Below, piece by piece: positions 63,701-64,000 of a stretch of DNA of 64,000 bases. Position 1 is the stretch's first letter. Each line of letters opens with the position of its first letter. Position numbers and translations under genes: made by a program. The DNA lies in the NCBI GenBank assembly GCA_947383095.1, contig CANDBZ010000001.1, positions 1,671-65,670 on the forward strand, in the 5' to 3' direction. Source of the stretch: an uncultured Clostridia bacterium (lineage in GTDB: Bacteria > Bacillota > Clostridia > Christensenellales > CAG-917). The notes beneath the pieces were generated by a model. It worked only from the letters and a program-made list of their open reading frames with translations, ran no database searches and was not told the origin of the DNA.

Positions 63701-63993
63701 GCGGCGGCACGCGCCTCCGACCCCGCCATAGAGTCCATATTTATCTCGATCGTGCTGTCTTTTGCAAGCAGCTTCAAGATCACGTCAAAGAGATCGACGC
63801 GCACTTCCATCTTATTAAGACCGAAGTTTGTAGCGTCGACGTAAAGCGCCTTGCCGGAGTAATACAAGCCCAAAAGCATTGCCTTTTGCGGAGCGCCGTC
63901 TCCAAACGTCTTGGTGCCGAAAAGCTCGATCAACAGCGAAGAGCGGGTGTTGAGCGTATTGATGGAAGTCTTGCCCAACAGATAATCCACCAC
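39718..63993 (-). CDS. giant repetitive protein of unknown function, at least 8,091 aa, N-terminus outside the window
   Basis: 24,276-nt frame without a stop. The two codons between the ORF-track GTG and the window edge are also sense. TGA at 39718-39720. Acidic, Cys-poor, rich in D/N/G/Y/L. Modular repeats and Ig-like C-terminal motifs seen by eye. No catalytic or sorting motif recognised. Confidence 0.9.
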   Translation of the reverse strand: MVDYLLGKTSINTLNTRSSLLIELFGTKTFGDGAPQKAMLLGLYYSGKALYVDATNFGLNKMEVRVDLFDVILKLLAKDSTIEINMDSMAGSEARAAADVDEMDDTAKKALALSLIASLTSTDFQIRVIKGLVEAVFELTGIDLGDLTAWVDVAWANLEARDGRVFTVNALVKDTENQEMVGATVYAKDISIKAGGSRLDEIMVRREGQDALPLGSYLTATDNGLYTEVPLFNEYGDIVLPSVFAEVKGTITLGAESGTEKWDLGRWISTFLNGDNKAMNNFLQSMLLELNVPQAAGANIGFRIALKLRLNPNVPIDFIQNAVFIPVDKSDITKFAEIYRLEGTKYIQLSQAEIDDIVNGKENAYKGDLYNKQYIGGGIALSKVDGIEKGAAYVKVGDNYAKVVITADNVDDYNGVDLYLPTEMFSINYILSHSDIAVELYSGAIEAIDSMNATDRASALLLALRAISDQDTGKTTAYVDLKDKFHIAVSNLDLSSFGGGGNNDASASAEQSGGVLEEMFGTISKFVRSITFDGTGIKVNFAEELVSMLLNMLIEGMDVDPDEFVKLNSDESYFAFAWKYNAKLQLKIDPIKLGLEVSDIRLGLGTKEDVVPDYFNKADYTGLDNFDNISLNANLGVDINIKKQDEVVRLEDYLDLIVANLGFKMNIDFKQNITYPLSLKIGANLTVNDPTSAKIILELAVKDEEHGLDNNIIAIYISGPNIYIDLGGLSEQPFYIEGTNIAELICKQVAGLLGKVNSNASAEAMAAATDGAAQLSAEDQMNILLGLADGRLSVLVTQNVLVGLIAAIIGGDVYVEIDTEDAFADAYTERYTKTDDGEFVKDVAGAFVKQYRKASVNATALNSLEGVEEAYMAVGDNYVKVRVAAVDVEETTLYALDFDRNIGSILEKFDLGLSASIDFVISPALGLAVNVDSKLLSLGVKLSDAAVATGTDNDVYRQISATVDEAISKKDLIAAGDKADRVYVFDEATGKYVEYDEELHQGMPQYKDHFQRRDELRVIEVGLSLIIDYETSATYLYIEDEQRLEAYNGSRYRLNASDGRFVRDPNGHFVRDGFAFDETLNAILGMDAVQNAVKDILLPIIRITKEDKDLNFDTSQKISLAEMLQHLGLNFMLDDAVNDGFMLDIKARLDLEKLGLADFSDIDLNNIKLDTKTILSALEVALTIDFTYEDGADSTKKINVYLVDGDIYLDTLGVGGPKLSMDLMDLLAKIGVMTASGEAEATPAAEKASFVDFLNSVVKGLVVIGTPWDVDPDFNRLDYLGLFFKSNMIKDLVSLLFGFIPDTEVTVLDENSGLFLRPSDDRFAQYGEKFESMMTLELLAALANKKDPSGDKNFTFDITLGLTADIDLVSLDNSPSLLEDADRLDFISIADYITNILEIYNGFYGDSYVSVATDAVVANTVYYTFIEDAKGGYIQVGGAFRAINEGEDIGKQKTYARRYITKAYRKSEGNDDALDEVAYYLDYTRDDVKGNYVYDSENDVYVAIEGAVEAGTPRYTQKRTAVTETVNGATVNVPIEKISFLAKKGVTQYSDQNVYISVGGLVYFNSSSIETYNAGGLISNLFGDMIIALQAQSEFNGGVGINVAVNLDLAKLDLRGLLAGGSIGDALANSDLKDLEIAIEFVKVGEDGHFARYSNGNLHVLGGLYLSGGSLYFDATEIVRTAETYSRLDDVVDTVKDIIGNIGGIIGKEAMSAADDDTQALEQSTRAAIAALVYSDEAFQIQITRSLIAFVFATMFPDLGSIEDVFDVLQLTLGFEYGNVDYAPISKIKDDAEREEWEKTKKDVYYVATIGEEQKLFRAKTTDIFEKGADSEYTKVDEYTAGATYVKVDDAYILIDRLATDEEKPDSKYADEKYSFYEDANTYVDVELDKYYVATGADGKPQYFRASYTTIYKLDDEGNQIVADKYEDGKTYIYNGVEFALISRVAEAKDISGNNVYYAQLDGYDTPVSLRVYNLYTSETGDETSDYFVNEEGDRRYVNYNGNYILVTGLKSRLYGWVKDPEGKYYRTVNNYGNLEEFMIGLDLTAGCLSMGLRLGRLDLDLGAGIELLPDCINDKKVHNIESKDENGKTILVQYRSDLPEETKAKFDDMECNPLYDTIINVGFSVELDFSMTEGTIDFGEIISGILGNVAGVKVELPSTSNGKSSAHFRLDVGLLLDIGDFSTSELKLELYSVTESGYDVKWAGIYYVNSSVFIDLFDMFNIPRMRIDDVHVKDIIDAILPKDPADLADVFVAGGDNRRTDVATDAMAATGSAADGSVADGVSGAIGDADFSNKNLALSLLFNKDLFTIALGDKLFKTVLEYIPESLLGFDIKDLFYDEINGNLQIKLNTSDGLDLEAKVGLGLDGGRYTNPVTVTDTRDSTPEEHVRNRLLDVNSNNRYFVFRRQGQSVQVDNMTKSTQRGYYVLGEDGTYFRVARPDEQFDETELYVKYRVFFDPNVGKKGTFYLREMLDNPAGGGSENMGSAIYPIQTGDVIYLFKAGAVANNGFVGDGGKYDLNLGLTLGIRDMDLQFTNSKNYSLGGEDLAQYTNFGDLDRIKLTEVIDITTSFKTGENNDIDLSEIIAAFIPSMQSEDLIKIISQADDGGDVNRQIRAVINMDLQSMALVNYARTQLVKYADDDDIFFGEMSLWDTLELLAKIIENKDNIDMSELLSDLVSFFNLSIVLQTKGGNDSDFHDLLGIYMLSGTFELLTEEEKTQFKDAEKTELNEKYVHPDDRYDHYFETEYGAYFRDKDGLYKTITGTQYKGERYSYDSSYCYPNPYGEFKRVGGGIYIDLSYFNMPSISVDSATMRGLLSGIIGSEETEAMFAADDANSAEDDIFPLIKDESLLGYIRTFLYGFSITSRYVQALVNPNYINKILELVMGEDAIQFEAEFANKPSLTLFTDMTKHTYTNVKDIVDRIPTMDDVTDGKVTLEQRIKKQQEVVKTMAASPYRFEVTPDANGSYYVAEDGAFELTAQMSANEKKLYDEKVAEGKAFYYNVKSVPVYIRLLDGQGNLTDSFVLYSEANELQRRQAQTNADAKRVYGIDLPVLYRIATIVKDEAFEDDDVQIDQERKYTRASMENLYCVEKLDTRYPFISLDLYLWNYEVSLDINFPVFDAVEFKYVKGSEAADYGVTSIPVSARYHQINEYSFTSEDKESDGLVSWISDYYRNSSFSTQAYFESPRYYEYLNEYYPIDLETLMILDGERGYVPAATTADQFPDFLAEIANGGKEYYVAIEKDGPYVKIQRQYIYRRYAYKNVANGTGKWMIIDPDEADKFGPDDYSIRIIQQSDIVKPNFGDKTKYPNYPYEDYVSINELYYLSFTLNGNFYVRSGKIYFPYDTYKGLYNNLHPENGGNDVPANVLDGILFKRYQGEYVQLGANDDADALKKENKLYVWANSKLGDDNYNGVKEPVNEVLSGLLGNMGAMIQVQEGNVLTVYFTIRIDLTFELSVYPEFGLTVHDLDVAIDAWNQQGDGSLTHIVGLYYDRDEDTGKAGLYVDLQWLLGKDAKIYVDLSRYSVEDVLNGLINKDANASVEAAAAADGDNEGGDESVDGDKYANGQDPNATTLYLNIFTNAIAVNMTMGFLGAVLQNVVPNMENIGEMLPNAKIYVKADLNPYSLALGAMLFSEDGETPIIDAGLAIQGLNGGEGSSSIVFGVESDMNKVLTDRNDIFYHANFYYDEKGSYGKDFKSANFVKLYKDADEVEYREDEDGEFMLNDDGMIVAITDANYSGRRFAPFEGAPQRYSKAPETMSKLLDENRYAFGSVHDDRYNTNADKLGILYALNENGRHVPINQVETRLHSSVYREICDSEAFANFTGKLFAVNKNSNYVAVSKQLLDGYTGEGKLQYRKATDAEKNDAANKDKLVVCIKDTSEGTLQYRKATDEEIKDPKNEELQLLVAFLPIDDNGDGYTDRAEADKYGKEVEAFKADGNFSRYTEALSIDLNDLLSGAKLDMTSMLGGLKYVELGIDIDLSIKAKDLINFTYQLTSFLGADISEYMYFLIASLMNDAEYDGEISLGGALKAYLPMQNAVKLIAGDKNVGLLDVLDGAQIYLELEYTSTLHVKDDGKPMTAKAKLWLEVKKDEQNVHRLYAYLDTKAIGDIVNLGDFFSYGMIDGLDLSLLFGDGTDAGAAAVVDDEINSGILPENIWSVLDVLIGRLLFTRDYLILGLNENLLASLVEMFADSDSSALENIRDFLPKMFVSDDSTTSGITINFSGSAPSIDVNLGFKAGDNGKVDGRYISVKEYNEKYGENGKYLDNGVTGANWTGDRFVENEDGSHTKFDPEVHKGEEYDADHIDANTYVLLSTDEYALKVYAYSAWKGATYDMPADFDTKDPSFDPAEGSTGAYVRLGDFKISASLHDLYVAVNKPFSLNKLATMGTSKTEGGEKTFDEYVQVKDLKAMLSMSVNVWLYGSGSKDDGNSIDLSKVLDLIIGLVNGNSDGGSLKTKLLLNIDGELGNNSSAFLKLDLMAAIDFATYGVNASIQLVKYAFQGNPQKTLLGIYLIREMDKDSSGKDVMMDNLYVDLSGILGNTAKIKLKNLGLNGLLKDVLGGLLDKVGGDSAAEPAAEAVTAGKNEIAALDSLKKDWEYFILMFNPRKILLQINTELVNVIYKKIMQVRGMDTTQDLLPDIGDILFSFSTDNQNKTTISLNLKFDNALYMCLDLPMPNVSKDVKGGVATMKTKRGDETAYTEIGSLNIGTLISGEDVNILDLLNLPTIGLHLGMKVKINSAGLTSADEKYNKSVSGWITNTLLGTLLNGTEIFGNFRKFSTNSDDKKKELEANKGKWFYYDKDDKDQKYKPTDREDLATHYFVLSPISLVFGEGTDPNGVVLNLDIQGNVNLGAVMLYGIGGILHSDLAITLSAGEPLNKDILKAYYLGSSKLVYNRTTGRYELGTNGNIYSDAIYLDLSGLGLGKLKVQGIAGLLGARPYEEANTSAEASAASGDGAKDAAADASANEQTDLSLEINLSNGRIGTSFNMGLINTLLAGVDLPFELPDIQSIDLGLEFGAKGIDRIAIGALLDNVGTSMTISINPIELAVGKGFFDATTVMDEINAGGYAGLTISNTAGMMSLVQNLLDNINPHLNIEIQSYLWNAVYASRNVFTGLKSMTTHKAATVTLPLVKSYDYANSADKKGQAYQLFLDLRAQRPDYNSPNGTPGLGIVVGGNKVFLRNISVGGSFLNNIDQLGAIKQYLDFDDLNDFIKGTFPLKLAGPTDGDNNEYTYGDKYDYNHKAPTTETDTSSSYSYSANLEGLIKKVELNLFTKSGYQPYYAGMTSSSMSGRTGAGLISAKITLDPDAYNELILMVDCIVLGLLDSLGIKDNYFVDMENNPKATYAKPTEGDNTVTMGNRTVKYTTSTGTSKSLTVAPNYASITSSLETMRKDGASTWDKACMIEPYMRSIPYTLVVGLLKSGLLPVPGSTVDLLLSIAGDTVQNLSKLIGSILPLPFSSGTIDPTLNIYIDLNPSPSNYGLDSTYTMNPGIQAIELMVNGRKNGDGTSMTYNAGPGKIGTEKLGYKPTGTRNTLETVANNDLTSSAWDFFMLRITPYSTVSTSEKSPLLTFDDSDTATALADSVAPPTRINITDPATRRGTMQGGAKDGSTIYLTDKYFTDPTYFPQMANVRFGNGNVSYAATDYNVAPGTYIIWDASSVDLTAAALNKDRLAGYVYGYALNSVVYAIPVYLSDTYAINRDENGVLDVKAFDRTGTGNGTSSYTAKTIGIDIREKNNSGSYRVQLPDLVQMKFNGDSTKRVFGTAKHDEEGKLQYAVFMQNTSTVSGNKRVLTNLNLTQLGTKQEYVKDGEGDYYASSTSTVNPAYRSISGLSAEQLAAQAGNRYKLQTVNVLNDDGGTYMLFPAYNVGLMKAENYTNPFTGDYSVDSEGYVIFNDRKTNKNYYVIDRYLMPSVTSTASKANFPIGVINWDVEACSYDWSGKTLKVGFSYQWGLSAEAKGTLNVNVADYKIGTVTAIRKGSTTLDLTSTRNKDGSYESRLTINPLDLTSASFDLTSYLNGFNTLNGTWAGNGSAFSGYQVKWDLTELQKKIDELTTVKDGKKTINYFEGIKATVTAYVGGDTFKVITADSKKSTEIKIGDDQKSKYGFVGDTDSLHADAGYVAQAVPVTIVVSSYKFESMATEFSFDPYSAVELNSDTLVSNGTDIVINVAAVSGKTEQRTLTVGSDMLKVEAPFIYVNGDYAGAYDNTAYPVSKNAINYNGYSNVLYPLYARITIGTQFSGYQQQYVRINVTSLKADQYDLTVAHEDTFNPVWFEGEAYESLNIKFNNGGITHAMYPDWSTVRYYSNQGMEESARIDNIYGGGTIYAKVEAYVTDGGKDGNKIGLVPDGVDEFGNAKYVMQTIALKLTVERQEIVSVNFFYDAEAGKDIYSMTEDEKKALIASGKIFDPSYYTGTVYGQTHIVGEGATAVAYGIDPISFAASRDAYFGTGNEGEAYWNDPFRGTAVLVNLARGTFIGRRFDVEYVKSDDGKFKLDENGEYVAIPQNELSSFTGDRYMQQATPNDASGDYKLVGATGTYVKLTPGERGDSYIAYIQSWDTDPAVELANANIFGVNSVYLHGIIGNSNIRVEVNIPDYSFAGDGVFENTTLTDMQGSVGGYGDNILTFDYDVHKAWILPDFGTFTTKEGKDPVRASMTWTDYNSPASQEIMTDEDGNKYVEREYSFFDGTTLRYPVDGTFKARIYLVNADDEVVNITLNNGGQTVYDAFDEFTFASTATVEYANGDSAIDVPVRWESKDMPTAEEIAAGRFERTYTVLVSANGAIVSIKRTQAFEITNDYTLEGFDGNAKDGLSMHLTANNFYKGLPRNSVLRVGGKSIDVALAWSDTYTNAGFDGVMTLTVTSEHLVSTVEVNVKVDGAKISGLANGSAYLLDPYGVESTLFASGAAASVNVVGSDGNDYVTDVKATYSLAQVDKALANDDDFYANISKYFGYSYTINVTFTYPGGANVMEEHTEVTVYIVDRTIYYVADYGYRSLVLDTFLHSDPSYLPEALTVKTRADEGVEKTEFVAYFDWSSLNKVFASGRSDLNYMATSMVPVYNINGAYVRKDITDDGIDNPAFVKVEEYEAYKRKTTGDDGWTCPSEERLSLATQRFNLPVTVLERTLKTSEFVFRSNVTELYVDRSNASRVTRTVVGVDSHGNRNDGRYIEITKNNGTGLPEEIVFYNRYSYVGEKGLPAKIRITFTNGDTGVYYITYDGVPSFDELAANAASFSKQVKAHIWSGDPSHEGSFEVMDAFEITFTLRASALSVNNSDVAYNDMSVGDYKYVFSPYESNRNNSAFNTNNYDSFITYYVGGQFISAEDWWNNGRAVGETTTYDANWERHHAVYQVYGGAFAEGDVSTVAFYKYAKSSRSYSKYDGEVIYKDGHYRASDDSSDLYIFIYVTTQNLSAEWDLSETRYGYKGGNTTAKAKVSSLVDGNKCSLDMNVTVHINDGKAATSTFSGLMPAGAVSGVGYIAELGIFTIDPFAASPFERNITANNYPGERYALLADGKYEIADYRYDVTNREYVKLSNAQRPLYGGERYTLLDSGKYVKAEYKLENDKYVQLTYDEIGSYKNFPTSVKLTAANSTETITVPVQWDFTSVNVTYAGGDFVAYAYINADGIYDHERVIGGNNYNEIGVQRLKVTVRVANRSVQGLAADTTKETPRKTLSQQKGYRDAYSSTFDNAELIDAYNYSLPTVPDMLRVSVKGSTFITSGVNIGEQTKTNTTITYYVADKTPSNTTSTAYGGVLKWSFSKYRPSYEGGIVYVTALLTGKDGNVQEFDLPFAVSRKFIHYMSTPSGSPASLSTYVDKDGVATTGVDNKTGERSEGADDKEFTVDPNNGKTLTLPSSYNVSFREFAPTFARKDGKVTVTYANEATIVTSKLFRYSSVSMPAGTKWTVSSSGIRNSGIDKKTATIQIRGQQRVTVRLKVADPVNVTSIDITSPRDSDNTLPTTYSYTDSNNKTHTLKIVWYGTVYVYSASNKNTQITSYPIMLTSTSARVALPSFGARKVEFRLCAAVGTVVDAGGNVLTTTAATTYTVLRNGSVVTTDTPQSTDVIVVAPGQTKPQFQRESGVWTFTLNG
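39721..47316 (-). other. C-terminal Ig-like (Big_4-style) domain array of the giant protein (aa ~5560-8091)
   Basis: At least 10 occurrences of the (L/F)Pxx(V/I)x(V/L)....(V)x(V)xW pattern. Examples: FPTSVKLTAANSTETITVPVQWDF (41176-41250), FASTATVEYANGDSAIDVPVRWES (43714-43788), LPRNSVLRVGGKSIDVALAWSD (43444-43512). Confidence 0.55.
41254..41472 (-). repeat. ~37-aa tandem duplication inside the giant ORF
   Basis: GERYALLADGKYEIADYRYDVTNREYVKLSNAQRPLYG is followed by GERYTLLDSGKYVKAEYKLENDKYVQLTYDEIGSY (aa 7508-7580). Confidence 0.75.
47494..63993 (-). other. supermodule region of the giant protein (aa 1 to ~5500): at least 10 divergent 400-700-aa modules
   Basis: Each module ends in a G(I/L)Y..(I/L)Y(V/I)DL junction followed by an Ala/acidic linker. 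Junction-plus-linker units lie at nt 63670-63873, 61657-61860, 60247-60405, 58822-59019, 57121-57387, 55474-55899, 53296-53538, 51553-51708, 50239-50469 and 49078-49314. A degenerate junction lies at 47539-47586. Confidence 0.75.
52258..52443 (-). repeat. 31-aa tandem duplication inside the giant ORF
   Basis: EGKLQYRKATDAEKNDAANKDKLVVCIKDTS is immediately followed by EGTLQYRKATDEEIKDPKNEELQLLVAFLPI (aa 3851-3912). The similarity is also visible at nucleotide level. Confidence 0.8.
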
Positions 63994-64000
63994 AGACGTC

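Noticed and set aside
47494-63993. Reading the Tyr/Asp-rich repeats of the giant protein as Rhs/YD-repeat toxin shell or choline-binding (CW_binding_1) repeats
   Set aside because: The YD consensus (G..RY.YD..GR[LIV]) and the GW..x.G.WYY choline-binding consensus are not matched beyond isolated Y/D/G residues. No Rhs core (PxxxxDPxGL) or C-terminal toxin/immunity pair is visible.

Overview
This 64-kb chromosomal segment looks like a Bacillota/Clostridia-type genome. That placement is inferred from spoVG, a DUF1540 protein, a reverse rubrerythrin next to a Fur/PerR regulator, and a Firmicute-style L7Ae-rpsL-rpsG-fusA-tuf block. Coordinates 1-39,700 are tightly packed core housekeeping genes: murC, spoVG, an acyl-CoA ligase, an M23 peptidase, a HAD-IIA/DHQS-like pair, rplI, yabB-like methyltransferase plus rsmI, perR-like plus rubrerythrin, and a GH18. 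A long minus-strand run follows: rpoB-rpoC-metK-recD2-comFC-secA-prfB-tsaD-L7Ae-rpsL-rpsG-fusA-tuf-rpmG-secE-nusG-rplK-rplA-rplJ-rplL. After that come an S4-domain protein, a fused ispDF and a DUF1858 protein. I found no tRNA, rRNA, CRISPR array, transposase or integrase. The outstanding feature is 39,718-63,993, a single uninterrupted minus-strand ORF of at least 8,091 codons that is still open at the window edge, so its N-terminus is missing. Read by eye, its first ~5,500 aa are at least 10 divergent 400-700-aa supermodules. Each ends in a conserved G(I/L)Y...(I/L)Y(V/I)DL junction, then an Ala/Asp/Glu linker with an (E/D)AMxAAxD core, then a hydrophobic segment. Tyr-rich YVKV-type islands are inserted within the modules. 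The last ~2,500 aa look like an array of Ig-like (Big_4-style LPxxVxV...VxW) domains, with no LPXTG or C-terminal anchor. I recognise no characterised giant-adhesin repeat family or catalytic motif in it. Function is unknown; candidates are an extended beta-rich rod (AsmA/RBG-like groove) or a fibre. Smaller observations cover unusual operon fusion (rpoC-metK TAATG overlap), a PerR-type operator, recurring GC-rich palindromes next to Shine-Dalgarno sites, and ATGCGCAT-core intergenic motif clusters. All family calls rest on motif recognition from memory; no searches were run.
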